This document shows positions 34,931 through 47,232 of a stretch of 64,000 bases of DNA, piece by piece. The notes below the pieces were generated by a model, which saw nothing but the letters and a program-made list of their open reading frames with translations, was not told the DNA's origin and did not search any database. The translations under genes and the position numbers were made by a program. The stretch's first letter is position 1. Every line of letters begins with the position of its first letter. The stretch lies in IMG/VR virus record IMGVR_UViG_3300001487_000119, positions 96,001 to 160,000 of that record; one strand, written 5' to 3'. Source of the DNA: a virus (taxonomy: Duplodnaviria > Caudoviricetes).

Positions 34931-37900
34931 ATGAAATATTTTAGTTTATCAGATTTTGAACGTTCTTCAACAGCAGCTAGTTTAAAAATAGACAATTCAC
35001 TTGCACCTGAACATAAACAGCATGCAGAAGAATTTGTTAATAATATTTTAGATCCGTTACGTGAAGCATATGGGTCCGGTATTATTATATCATCTGGTTA
35101 TCGCAGTAAAGCATTAAATACAGAATTACAACGTCGTGCATAGGAAGTTGAAAATAAGCGAGCTGCTGAATAGGGAAGAGCACCACAAAAGTAGAAAAAA
35201 GTTTCAGATTTTTCTGCACATATGACAGGTTGGGCGGCTGATACAAAACCGGCAAATGGAGAATTTGATGCATATAAAGATTTCGTAGTTCATTGGTTAT
35301 ATGATAATAATATATTGTTTGATCAGTGTATTGTCGAGCGTGATGGAAATTCTTAGTGGATACATATCGGTTATAAAAGTTTAAAAGGTGCATAGCGTAG
35401 AGAATTTTTAACATATAATGGAAACAGACAATCACCTAAATATCATAAACTTGTTATTAGTTCAAATACAAATAATATAAATGTTACTGCAATATCTACT
35501 GTATCAAATACATCATAGGTTACTACATTAACATAGCCAACCACTACAACATCAACAACTGTAAATCAACAAAATAATACAATTGCTACAGGTAGCGGAA
35601 ATACACAAATCGGAAATACTGAAGGATTATTAACTGGTACAGCTGTTTATTATGGTGAAAATATAGAAGATATAAAAGTATCAGGAAAAAAGAATAGAGC
35701 TGACAATATTAAGGTTAATAATATAAATGGAAATATTATTGCATGTAATGAAGCTGAAATTAAAAATGATCCGATTTATCAAAAAGATGAAAATGGTGAT
35801 CCAATTTATGATTTGAATGGAAATCCTGCTACATCTGATGATTATATTTTAAATAACGGAACAGAAGGTGAATTAGATGAAATTGAAAATATAAATGAAT
35901 TACCGACAGAATATATTAGTGACGAATTATCTGAAGAGACACTAGAAACATTATAGTTATATGCAGAAATTCAAGGTTTATCTGTTGATAATTTAAATAT
36001 TGATTCAATAAGTAATATTGCAAATATTGCAAATATACCTGATATACCAGATACAACACAAGCAGTATCGCAAATTACAAAAACAAATATACCAATTAAT
36101 GCAACATATATTGAATAGGCATTATAGGGTAAAGTTTTAATGTTTAATGAAGTTCTTAATGTATTTAAAACTATATTACCGGTTATTAATACATTAAAAA
36201 CATTATGTCATTTATTAGAAAATTATTAGATTAATAAAGAACGGGTACGATCAAAACAACGTACAAATCTTGGATAGGCTTTAAGAGATACTGCAACACT
36301 GGTAAAAGGGCTTAGTAATATTATTAATTTAAAAGAAACCAATTTCTTTACAATCAGAACACAAGAAACAGCAGATTGGGCTAAATCAACATTTAAAGAT
36401 GCTATTATAGATAATGAAGGATATATGGTTATCGGTAAAATTAATTCTATTGTTGACGCACTTGCATTAACTACCGGAAATAATACAGATACCGTTGTAT
36501 TAAATACATATTGTTTATTACATAATATAAAACCTGAAATTCCATTAAATTTAACATTAGGAACTAAAATATATTATGATAAATGGGCTATTGAAAACGG
36601 TAATTATAATGATGGTACATTAAATGGACTTGATAATATTGAATATAATCCTGATATTAATGAATTATATACTTCACCAAAATCAACTATATCCAGTGAA
36701 ATTTTACGAGCATAGAAAAAGAAAATAGATCCATATTATATAAATAGTCCAGATATTGAAAATGAAGTTTAGAAGGATGACTATAAAACTTATTTAAAGC
36801 TACTTTCTTTTAAATCTGATGAGTTTGAAGGACAACAGATACTAAATATCAATGATTTAAATTTATGTCCGCCAGAATTAAAAAATGAGCCATTGCCGGA
36901 AAAGAATGCAGTGATTGTTGAATTCGGTGATGAATATACTATGGGTAGTGCCGTAAAATATGATTTAATGGTAAAACCCGGGCAAACAATTAAAAAGGGT
37001 GATATATTAGCATATATTTACAAAGATGTTAAAACTATTAAAAAAGATGAAAACGGTTTACCGATTTTAGATGCTTCCAATAATAAAGAAATTGAAATTA
37101 AGACTGTAAAGAAAACACTTAAAACACAATTTACAGGGGTTGTCAGAGAATCAACAAATGAAATTGATCAATATTATTATCGTTTATATCCATCTGCTAC
37201 AACACCGACCAGACATTTTATTATTGATAATCCAAAATTATGTCCTGTTATTGATTTTGATATTAATAAAATTATTGATTTATAGAAAAAATTTAAGAGA
37301 ACTACCGAGTTAGAAGCATTTATTATAAATTGTATGGTTCCGTCAATATTACCGGTTTTATTATTAAATGCTAAAAGAGATAATGAAATATTTGTATAGC
37401 AATAGGGATCATATTTAACAGGTAATACACAACAACCGACAGATATTTATAGTAAATATAATTCTATAATGAAATCATATGATACATCTATAAATGATTA
37501 TATGAATGAAATTATATCATTAGATTCATCAGATAATATTACAGCTAATGCAGAACATAATGATTCAACTAAAAAAGATGAGAAGGACAGTATTGTAAAT
37601 ATATCTGTATCACATGTTAAACAATTACAAAATGATATATTGTCTGTTAGAAAACAGATGATAGATAAATCTATTGATACATATCAATCAGTATTTAATT
37701 TAAATGATTTAATTGGTGATTATACATATGAAGATTGTGTAGGTCTTGCATATAACAATAATTTTAATTTTTCACGTGAAATTCAGGATGTAAAAGTTGA
37801 ATATAATAATTATTATATAAATTTATTAAAAATTATACCTGATACTGTATCAACAGCACCAGAAATACCATTTGAAATAAATGATGATTTAATAAGCGAA

Positions 37901-39775
37901 ATTAAAAATACTATAAATTTAGCTGAAAATACATCAATGGGTGATGATGCATCTATATTCAATAGTTCATTTTTTGATATTAATAATATAACAAAACAAA
38001 TTGATAATGTTGGTAAAACTGTTATTAATAATCGGACATATTATGCAAATGCAATAGGTAAATTTTCACATGAAACAAATAATACAGATCATGATTATGT
38101 TAAAGAGTATAAAGATTTGATTAAAAATATTATTGATAAGCGTTTAAGTTATGAACATAAAACAAAACAAAATATGATTGGACAATTTAATGAATATTAT
38201 TATAATCATATTAAAAATATAAATGACGCATACAGCAATCTTTATAACAGAGTAAAAGATTATTTGAATAAACCTGACGAAATTTTAAAACAAATTGAAT
38301 AGGATAATGTAAATACAAAAAAAGATGAAAAGAAATATGATGTAAATCAACAAGCATTAACATTGTTTATGTATATTGTTAATTCAGATATAACTGATAT
38401 TACTGCACCTACTAATATAACATCTGAAAAAAATATAGATAAAGCTAATTTAAATATAATTTTAAAATTTATTAAAGAAAAATATATTGATACAGAAAAA
38501 TTAGTATATAAAAATGTTTCATATGATAATATATATGATTTATATAATATTATTATAAAAGAGAATACTACAACAGAAGTATTAAGTGCATATTCAATTG
38601 ATAAAATTAAAGAAAATGCATTAAATACAATTTATGATTTATTAAATAAAACTATAAGTAAAACAACAATTGCATATTTAATTAATGCTGAACAGGTTGT
38701 AAATGGTAACAAAGATACTTTGACTAAATCAGAATTGGCATTTTTTAACAGACAGTTAAACAATTATTATTTTGAAATATTATTAAAAGACGAAGCTGAA
38801 CAAATTATAAATTTCTGGAAAAATGTATTAGTGGCATATAACAGCACCTATAATTTAGATAAAATTACTAAAGAATTACAAGATTATGCTGATAATATGA
38901 ATAGTATTGCAGAATGGCCGCAATCAACTGAGCTTAAAATAGATAATACTACATATGATTTATATACATTTACAAATCCGTATGAAGATCCTAAAGATAT
39001 AGATGATAATCTTCAATATAATAATAGTGTAAAAGAACCTGGAGATGTTAACCTTAATTTAGAAGATATTATAGAACAGAAACACAGTAATATAACAATA
39101 ATGGATTATGAATACTGGTTAGTTTATATGTTAAATGCAACATTAGTTTCAATTCCATTTTTATGTGACGGTTTATGTTCTCCGATTATACCGCCGGTTC
39201 CACTACCGGGAATTTATTTCCCGATTGCACCACCGGTAATGATTCCGGTAGTTAATGTTTTAATGGTATTCGGTATCGCAATACGCGGAATTTGGCCTGC
39301 ACCGATTATATTATTAGTTAATACGACATCTAATAATATTGATGCGACAATATTTATAAGAATGGCTTTAGAAACAGGTAAAAATATTTTTAAAGATTCA
39401 CAAAGTTTAATTGAAAATCAAATACCCGCAATGGTAACTGAGATGATGAATAATTATATTAAAGATAATGAAATTGCACAAAAAGCAGCAGATAAATTCA
39501 GAACATATTCATCAATTATCAGAGCAATTCCGATTGAAGACAAAGCACTTATAGAAAAAGAATTTGAACAAGCATTATTAGATGAAATGAATGAGCAAGA
39601 ATCATTGAACAAAGCTAATGATACATTATTTAATACATAGCAAAAAATGGCGCAAACAAATATTAATACACAAAGAAAAGCTATTAATGGCATAAATAAT
39701 ATTCCTAAAAAACTTGATAGACGACAAAAAATAATTCGAGAAGGTGATTTAGGAAATGGGCATGAACCAATGTAA
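34931..39775 (+). CDS. Second peptidase M15 fusion protein, 1614 aa, many TAGs; probably virion/lysis associated
   Basis: SSGYRS, SAHMTGWAAD, WIHIG recovered only by reading TAG; track ORFs 36425, 36893, 37469 and 38363 share the frame; Pro-rich hydrophobic C-terminal segment. Confidence 0.85.
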
Positions 39776-39792
39776 AAAATTAAAATATAGTA

Positions 39793-40473
39793 ATGAACCA
39801 ATTTTTAGATAATATTAAAAACATACGGGATATTAAATCAGTTGATGCCGAAGAAGCTATTATTAAAAGCCTAATGGTTTAGAATAACAGGCAAAATGAA
39901 AAATTAGAGGATTTGGATTCTTATGATTCTGAATCATTGTTTAACGGAAAAATATACAGGGGAAATATGTATATTTTTACATATAATGCTAAAAATCCTA
40001 CAAAATATACATATAAAGGTAAAGATGTTTATTTTTCAGATTTAATGCCTGTAGTTTTAATTACAAATGAAACTTCAACAACTATTAGAGGAATTAATTT
40101 GAATTTTTGTAATAAAGCACTTAAAACATTGATTCTCAATATATTAACTAATATGGATGAAGAATTTTATTTTGATGGGTTGGCACAAAAAATGGCTTTT
40201 AATAAAATTGCGCCAATTTCTGAAAAGGTTTATAGATTTTTATCATCTAATGATGCAGAAGAAAAAATAATTAAAGAATTGAAACGTGATTATCCGGATA
40301 TTGATTATAATATTCTTTTTAGAAATTATGCAGTTACTAATATAAAAGATATTAGATTGATAGAACCGTGGTAGTGGAAATATATTCCATTTCTTAATTA
40401 TGATTCATTTGATAAAGGCGAAACATTAAAAGCAATATAGAAAATATTTGGATTTGATGCAATTCATATTTAA
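39793..40473 (+). CDS. T4 gp2-like DNA end protector protein (TAG-recoded)
   Basis: GNMYIFTY..K, D.MPVVL, GINLNF, FRNY...I, PW(Q)W..IP. Confidence 0.65.
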
Positions 40474-40499
40474 AAAATGGAACTTAATTTTAAGTTCCA

Positions 40500-41306
40500 T
40501 TATTCGTCTTCCTTAATATATATTGATAATCTGTCATATAATACACCGGATGATAATATTTGCATAAATACATGATATACATCATATTTTGAAAATTTGC
40601 ATTCATTATCTAATAACTATGCAAGCGTATTATATAATCTTGATTTTATTTTATTCTTAATATAAACATCCATCATTGAAGTTGATTCATATAAATACAT
40701 TGGAATTTCATATTCAACTTGATCTTCCAAATCTTCCCAAAAAGTAGTATCATTAATAACGCCATCTGATCCTATTAATGCATTTTTAACCATTTTCTTT
40801 GTAAAAATATTTTTAATATCAATTTCAGTTTCCAATACCAATACAAGTTTATTAAGTATTGCATTATATAATTCTTGATAATCTTTACTTAATTTTACTT
40901 GCTTATTTTCATTGTCTCTGTTATAAAATGTATCAGTTAATGGTAACTCGTCATCATCTAATTCACTCCAGTCTATATCTTCATTAATATGATAATTTTC
41001 ATCTATTAGTTTTTCTGTTTTATTCTAAGTTCCAGTATATGGATAGTCAACATAATCTAAATTATCATGTCCTTTCATCATCTGTTGTATTGGATCATCA
41101 TAACCGCTTAATATATTACAATTATCTATCATTTTTATTGATATACTTAATAGATTATTATAGTCACCAGACAACGCTTCAGATTTATATACGGTAATAG
41201 CGTCTCGTGAATAACCACATTGTTTCATTGCATTAGCGACATAACTTATTATTGCAAATGCATTTCCGTCTATTCCTATTAATGAATATGGATGTCTTTT
41301 TCCCAT
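40500..41306 (-). CDS. Hypothetical protein (TAG-recoded, 268 aa)
   Basis: Track ORFs 41025..41306 and 40617..40841 share a frame, joined via TAGs; N-terminal LIGIDGNAFAII..V..AM..SGDYNNLL module. Confidence 0.75.
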
Positions 41307-41362
41307 TAGTAAACTTTATTAAATTTTTATTTTATAATTTATAAATCATTATATTTATTTTA

Positions 41363-42184
41363 ATGGAAAATATTAAACAAAAAATAAAAGAAAAGAACAA
41401 AGAAATAAATCAACTTCTAGAAACTCGAACTATGTCTGTTTCTAAATTAATAGAATATATGCATAAAGAGTTTGATAGAGAGGGCATTGCAAAGAAATGT
41501 TTTGAAAAGGGTTTTAATGATCCAGAATCTAAATATTACAAAATGGATGTTAATGCAATTTTAGAATCATGGGATGCAAAAGCGACGGAATCTAAAAAAT
41601 ATGGTTCTATGATGGATAATTATATTGGAACATTTTTGACAGATCCAGATTATTTAGAAACATGGAAGCTTGATAATAATTATGAATATGATCCTAGAAT
41701 CCATAGTCTCTGTGAAGGATTTAACCAATTTTATAAAGTATTAACAGAAAAAACAGATTATAAATATGTTTGCCGTGAAGAAAAGATGTTTATTAAATCT
41801 AATAAAACAGACGAGTGGATTAATGGACGGTTTGATTGTTTGTTTTATTCTGAAAAATTAAACAAATATTTAGTTATAGATTGGAAAACATCTGGTTCAA
41901 TAGATAAGGAAAACAAATGGGAAAAATTATTCGGACCGCTTTATGACAAAGATGCTTGCAATTTGAATGAATATACAATTCAAGTTCAAATGTATAAAAA
42001 AGCATTATCTGAAGTTTATGAATTAGCACCTCCTGAGAATATAGATGTTTATATCTGTCAATTCTCTATAGAACCGAATGAATTTGGAAACCATTTTCAA
42101 TTATATAATCAAGGTTTTGAATATGACAGTAAAAAATTAGATGATATTATAGAATTTGCATATAAAAAATCCAGAATCAAATAA
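41363..42184 (+). CDS. PD-(D/E)XK (RecB/Cas4-like) exonuclease
   Basis: EEKM..INGRFDCL..VIDWKTS..Y.IQVQMY. Confidence 0.85.
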   Translation: MENIKQKIKEKNKEINQLLETRTMSVSKLIEYMHKEFDREGIAKKCFEKGFNDPESKYYKMDVNAILESWDAKATESKKYGSMMDNYIGTFLTDPDYLETWKLDNNYEYDPRIHSLCEGFNQFYKVLTEKTDYKYVCREEKMFIKSNKTDEWINGRFDCLFYSEKLNKYLVIDWKTSGSIDKENKWEKLFGPLYDKDACNLNEYTIQVQMYKKALSEVYELAPPENIDVYICQFSIEPNEFGNHFQLYNQGFEYDSKKLDDIIEFAYKKSRIK

Positions 42185-42198
42185 TTCTGGATTTTTTA

Positions 42199-42837
42199 TT
42201 ATTTTCTAAGTGATTTTAGAATATAATTTGGTGATTTTTTAATTCTGGCTTCTAAAACTTTACAATATTTTGTAAATTCATTATTTGTATTTCTATATGT
42301 ATCAGACGTCCACATTCTTACATTAGAAACATCCCAATTTGTTATATCACATCTTAAAGATTGACATCCTTGAAATGTATATAACATTTTTGTTACATGA
42401 GAAACGTCCCATTTAGAAATATCACCATTAAATGTATTTACATTTCTTCCGAATACATTTGGAAACAAATTTGAAAGAGAATCAATTTTTGAAGTATCTA
42501 TCCAATTAAAATTACCTTCCATACCTAAATATTTTGCATTTGCGGCACGGCGTAATATATCTTCTAATTGACTTCTATCCTATACCTATACAATTTTTAA
42601 ATATTTACCTTCAATATCATTATTAAGCTGACCTATTGCCATTTCTTCAAATGTTGTTAATGGACTATCATTATCAACCAATATATGTGAATTTATAAAA
42701 TCTTCAATAAAATTGGTAGTTTTAATTTTACTGTTGACTTGTCCCTAAAGATCCTCTTCATCATCAAATGAATCAAGATTAAAGGCTTCAGCTAAATTAT
42801 ATAATTTATACTTATTATATTTTTGAAAATTAAACAT
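42199..42837 (-). CDS. Divergent leader-A protein with DUF285/BspA-like repeats (TAG-recoded)
   Basis: AEAFNLDSFDDEEDL(TAG)GQVNSKI; FNWIDTS, FNGDISKWDVSHV. Confidence 0.82.
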
Positions 42838-42991
42838 CTAAATAAAATTGTTATTTTTATTATTTATTTACAAAATAAAAAATGATAGTAAAGGAGACCG
42901 GTACATTCCATTTACTATCATGTGATAATTAAATATATGATTTAGCGTATACTTAAAATATTTTATTAATACGGTAAGAGATCATATTAAA

Positions 42992-43579
42992 TTAAATATC
43001 ATTATATTTATTCCTATATATTTTAATATGTTTATGTAGATCTTTTCTAATTTCAATATTTTCACATGGATTAAATTCCAAATCAATAACACCATTGACA
43101 GTACTTTCTAATAATGGGTTTATATCATTTATTTTATTATTATAAACATATAAATTATGCCCTATTTGTTTCGGCATGCCTTCTAATGAAGTTAAACCGC
43201 ATCCTGCACAAATAAAATCACCATCAACTTCCTTTGGTCCACCTTTTAATGATGTTAAATATGGTTGTCTTTTGCACTTAAAGTCACCATGAATAATATC
43301 TGGAAAATTTTCAAGAGTAGTTAAATTACCTTGAATAAATTTATCATAATTATCAATTATTACATTTCCATAAACTTCATCAATTTTAACTTCAAGTCTG
43401 TCAAATTGATGCGGAATCATAATATTACCATAGACAACAACTTTTCCATCTTCAAGCTTTACTTTGAAATTTTTCCCATATTGTCCATATAAATTTTCAT
43501 ATACCCATTTAACTCGTTCATCATTAAGATAAATCGAGCTGTCTGGTAATACGATAATATTTAATTTATTTGTTTTCAT
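42992..43579 (-). CDS. Protein with LTSL.G.P..V.GDF.C leucine-rich repeats
   Basis: Three repeat units; early promoter motif upstream. Confidence 0.75.
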   Translation of the reverse strand: MKTNKLNIIVLPDSSIYLNDERVKWVYENLYGQYGKNFKVKLEDGKVVVYGNIMIPHQFDRLEVKIDEVYGNVIIDNYDKFIQGNLTTLENFPDIIHGDFKCKRQPYLTSLKGGPKEVDGDFICAGCGLTSLEGMPKQIGHNLYVYNNKINDINPLLESTVNGVIDLEFNPCENIEIRKDLHKHIKIYRNKYNDI

Positions 43580-43614
43580 AGAAATATATTTTAATTCCTA
43601 TTTTATTTTGTTAC

Positions 43615-43655
43615 TGCAAAATTAATATAAAATATTTAAATTAAAAAATAGAAAT
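43615..43655 (-). promoter_or_regulatory. Putative early promoter (box + TAnnTTTG)
   Basis: tgcaaaatta...aaattaaaaaatagaa on + strand. Confidence 0.65.
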
Positions 43656-44089
43656 TAAATTTTTTCAGATAATTCTTTAATTATTTGTTCTTTAGAAGAT
43701 AGATGAGATATCCGGCATAAATCACATAAAAATTCTTTTAACTTATATGGTTGGTTATTTTCAAAATATCTGATTATGCCTTCTAATGATGTATCTGGAC
43801 TATTTTCATAATCATAGACTTCATACCCAGATTCTTCTAAATATCCAATAAGTTCATCTTCATCAAAATCTGCTAGAGTTATATCGTCTCTATCTACTAA
43901 ATCATAATCATCTGGATCAATTTCCCATTCTATATTAGAAGTTCTGCTTCGTTCTGCTCGTTTAGCCGCTTTAATATCTGATGCTTGTAATTCTTTTCTA
44001 TCATTTAATTCTTCCTCTAAAATAGATGTAGGAATTTTTTCAATAATATCTTGTGCATCAATATTTATATCTACTGTATGCCAGCTCAT
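43655..44089 (-). CDS. Hypothetical acidic protein
   Basis: 144-aa ORF. Confidence 0.75.
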   Translation of the reverse strand: MSWHTVDINIDAQDIIEKIPTSILEEELNDRKELQASDIKAAKRAERSRTSNIEWEIDPDDYDLVDRDDITLADFDEDELIGYLEESGYEVYDYENSPDTSLEGIIRYFENNQPYKLKEFLCDLCRISHLSSKEQIIKELSEKI

Positions 44090-44157
44090 AATTAATAATT
44101 ATTAAATTTTTAAAATTATATACAAAAAAGAGGTGTTTGTTTCACCTCTTTAATTGT

Positions 44158-45306
44158 TTAATATTTTTTGCCATCTATACCTATTGACATTGATGTTCGC
44201 AAATCTTGTTCCATAATAGAACAGCTAAATATATGAGACAATTGAACATGTAATTCAATATTATCTTCATTAACTTTTACATTAAATGTAAAATATCCAG
44301 TACCAACACTAAGTTTTCCTCTATTAACCAAATTATCATAAAGTCCGACATAATTTTCCTCAATTTCTTTACGCATTGAACTAATGGTATCAATAGCATA
44401 TTCAGACATTGTATGATCTTCTCTAATTGAATAAACTCCATTATTCTCAAAAACCTCATTAGTCTTTTTAGTATATGCCTCATAGTCAGCTAATAGTCGA
44501 TTATCTGTTTCAGCCATCTTAAAAAGTTGAGAAACTTTATCAACACTAAGTTTTCCTGGAATTGTATAAATAGCATCAACAAAAATTGCTTCTACAGAAA
44601 AATCAGCACCACCGTGTTCAGTATTAATATCCAAACAAAAATGTTCAGAATACAAAGTAAAGAATCCGGGTGTAACAGTACCATCTCCTATAGTATTTTC
44701 ATCCATAAAATTTGTATACAACTCCCAAAGTTCATCTTGCAAAGCACCTTCAGAAGTATGATCACCCATTTCATTAAATATGCATGCAAGCTCTTCAAAT
44801 GGATACTTCTCCATAAGAATATTCATATACTCGTCACAATGATCTTCTTGAGAAACATCGAGAAAATCTTTGGCAGCTTTATTCCAATCCTCAAAAGATT
44901 TTGTTCTGTCAAATAAACGTATATCAATATTAAATTGTGGCATATGATATTGGTCATACTTAGGATATCCAAGATATTTGGCATTCATTGGAATATATGA
45001 ATTGTTATATATAATAAGAATATGCCAAATATGTGCTTCAATACCGTCTGCCCAACGAACAACATTATCTACATCTTTTAACAAATGCTGATATTCATCT
45101 GCATAATTAGGCATATCTGCAAGAGAATTAACCCACTCGAGATAATCTTGTCGCATTATTTTCCATACTTTTTCCGGAGTATTAATAGATTTATAGGAAT
45201 GACCGTCCATTTGCATGAAACGCTGCATATCCTTAACTACATCGTCAGTATGACGATAAAAATTCTTTGCATACAGAACTACATTTTTAATGTGTGATGT
45301 TTTCAT
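44158..45306 (-). CDS. Hypothetical protein
   Basis: 382-aa ORF behind early promoter motif. Confidence 0.8.
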   Translation of the reverse strand: MKTSHIKNVVLYAKNFYRHTDDVVKDMQRFMQMDGHSYKSINTPEKVWKIMRQDYLEWVNSLADMPNYADEYQHLLKDVDNVVRWADGIEAHIWHILIIYNNSYIPMNAKYLGYPKYDQYHMPQFNIDIRLFDRTKSFEDWNKAAKDFLDVSQEDHCDEYMNILMEKYPFEELACIFNEMGDHTSEGALQDELWELYTNFMDENTIGDGTVTPGFFTLYSEHFCLDINTEHGGADFSVEAIFVDAIYTIPGKLSVDKVSQLFKMAETDNRLLADYEAYTKKTNEVFENNGVYSIREDHTMSEYAIDTISSMRKEIEENYVGLYDNLVNRGKLSVGTGYFTFNVKVNEDNIELHVQLSHIFSCSIMEQDLRTSMSIGIDGKKY

Positions 45307-45331
45307 ATTCGTATATTATTTTTAATTACAA

Positions 45332-45372
45332 TGCAAAATTAATACTTTTTTCTTAAATTAAAAAATAGAAGC
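45332..45372 (-). promoter_or_regulatory. Putative early promoter (box + TAnnTTTG)
   Basis: Minus strand CTTCTATTTTTTAATTTAAGAAAAAAGTATTAATTTTGCA. Confidence 0.7.
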
Positions 45373-45993
45373 TTAATAATGTAAAACATTTATTACTTCA
45401 AAATTTAAAAGTTTTGCGCACATTGGCAGCAAATCTTTTTCAATATCCATTGATTGACGATCAAAATATGGTAGTTCGATTCCGAATTTTTTCTTAAAAC
45501 TCCAATAAAAATCATCATTTTCCTGATTATAAACTGGAATATATTTTTTCATATGGCATAATGTATACTTATGAATATACTTAGCCATGAAATCTTTAGA
45601 GAATTTATCCGAATTTATATAATCTGGATTGTCAACGCGTTTAACAAATTCAATATTTCTAACATAATAAATATCATCTTGTTTTGTCCGATGCGTTTGA
45701 TTTAATAAATCAAATTTTTGTGTACAATTTTCATCAACATAATATGGCCCATATGCTCTGCTACCAATATAATCATTGATACACTTTTCATTTAGTTTTC
45801 CACAGAAGCAATCATCATAAACAACTATATTATCCCCAACAAATTCATCTTTAAATGTAATACAGCTAGAACCATTAAAACCTTCAAGGCTTACAAAATC
45901 AATTACCTTTCCGGTTTCAAGTGAAATAAAATCAATTGTTGGCTCTCCACATTCTTGTGGTCTATTAATAATTGCTAAAACTTTTTGGTTCAT
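45373..45993 (-). CDS. Hypothetical protein
   Basis: 206-aa ORF. Confidence 0.75.
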   Translation of the reverse strand: MNQKVLAIINRPQECGEPTIDFISLETGKVIDFVSLEGFNGSSCITFKDEFVGDNIVVYDDCFCGKLNEKCINDYIGSRAYGPYYVDENCTQKFDLLNQTHRTKQDDIYYVRNIEFVKRVDNPDYINSDKFSKDFMAKYIHKYTLCHMKKYIPVYNQENDDFYWSFKKKFGIELPYFDRQSMDIEKDLLPMCAKLLNFEVINVLHY

Positions 45994-46017
45994 ATATTAA
46001 TTTATTTTTAATTATAA

Positions 46018-46059
46018 TGCAAAAATAATACTTTTTTCGTAAATTAAAAAATAGAAGCT
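46018..46059 (-). promoter_or_regulatory. Putative early promoter (box + TAnnTTTG)
   Basis: Minus strand CTTCTATTTTTTAATTTACGAAAAAAGTATTATTTTTGCA. Confidence 0.7.
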
Positions 46060-46081
46060 AATTTTTTAGCTCCTATTAAAA

Positions 46082-46954
46082 TTAAATATCTCCTGCAATA
46101 TCACTATAACAACTATCACATAACCATTCATAATGAGATTCATTACATATATCCCAATAATATGGATTACGAACATACGATGCACCTTCTCGCCCACATC
46201 TACTACAATGCCCTGGTGTATGTTTCAATCTTTCTAGTTCTTCTTCATATTGCCGTTTACGTTCTTCCTCTTCAGCGTGTTTTCTCAATATTTCAGCTTT
46301 TTCCTCATCTGAATAATCATATGGATCAGAAGCCCTAAATACACCAAGATCTATACGTTTAATACATTTTCCATGAGGATCCACATTAGACCAATCAAAT
46401 TCAGGAAATACACGTTCAATTGTTGATTGTCCACAAAATAGTAATTTTGATTTGTCTTTTACGTTCCAATATTTATATTCATATGATCCTTTATTTTCCC
46501 TAAAAATTAAATGGTTAGCCCAAATTTTTGCATGCTTAGTAAATATTTTTGAGGACTTTGTTTTCAATACAGGTTTATCTTCACCAAAATAAAGTACTAA
46601 ATCATTATCTTGTGTAAAACATAACCACGGATCTACATTCTCAATGTAAATAGGTCCATTAAGATTATGAATGTCATAACCGAAAAACTCATAAACTTCT
46701 TCAGGTGTAGTGTGGTAATCCCAAATATGTTTAATTTCCCATTGGTCTGCAGGTTTCTCCCTAAAATGCAAAAGCATAACATCATGAAGTTCTCTCATAT
46801 ATCCTTCACGTTGTTCCTCAACCATATCAAAACCATCATCAACATACCCATGTTGAAGCGTCCATATTTGCCTTGGAACTTTTTTCAATGAATTTCGATG
46901 AAAAACCAAACAATGTGGCTGAAATGATAATTCATTTAATACTATTGTTGCCAT
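46082..46954 (-). CDS. Hypothetical protein with C-terminal CxxC..CxxC zinc finger
   Basis: CSRC...LCDSCY. Confidence 0.78.
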   Translation of the reverse strand: MATIVLNELSFQPHCLVFHRNSLKKVPRQIWTLQHGYVDDGFDMVEEQREGYMRELHDVMLLHFREKPADQWEIKHIWDYHTTPEEVYEFFGYDIHNLNGPIYIENVDPWLCFTQDNDLVLYFGEDKPVLKTKSSKIFTKHAKIWANHLIFRENKGSYEYKYWNVKDKSKLLFCGQSTIERVFPEFDWSNVDPHGKCIKRIDLGVFRASDPYDYSDEEKAEILRKHAEEEERKRQYEEELERLKHTPGHCSRCGREGASYVRNPYYWDICNESHYEWLCDSCYSDIAGDI

Positions 46955-46955
46955 G

Positions 46956-47222
46956 TTACAAGTTGCTTTCTAATTTCTTAATTAGTTTTTCAGATTTTTT
47001 TATTTTTCTTTTTTCTTCGGCAATCATTTGCTTTAATGTTAAAAAATAAAGCGGAGCTTCACAACTAAATTCTTTACTGAATTTTTTGCATTGATTTCTT
47101 AATGCACATATCTCAAAACAACATGGTTGCCCTTCTTTCCATTGCTTAGTATAATATTTCTTACCATTATATTCAATAATGTCTCCTACTTGAGGATATT
47201 TTTTACAATTTGCTATTACCAT
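46956..47222 (-). CDS. Small Cys-rich hypothetical protein
   Basis: CCFEICALRNQC motif. Confidence 0.65.
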   Translation of the reverse strand: MVIANCKKYPQVGDIIEYNGKKYYTKQWKEGQPCCFEICALRNQCKKFSKEFSCEAPLYFLTLKQMIAEEKRKIKKSEKLIKKLESNL

Positions 47223-47232
47223 ATTAAATATT

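Noticed and set aside
20967-41306. Apparent mass pseudogenisation (many short ORFs and gaps)
   Set aside because: The breaks examined are all TAG, fragments stay in frame and motifs continue across them, which indicates recoding rather than decay
41363-42184. Cas4 as part of a CRISPR-Cas locus
   Set aside because: No Fe-S cysteine cluster pattern, no other cas genes or array; generic phage PD-(D/E)XK nuclease
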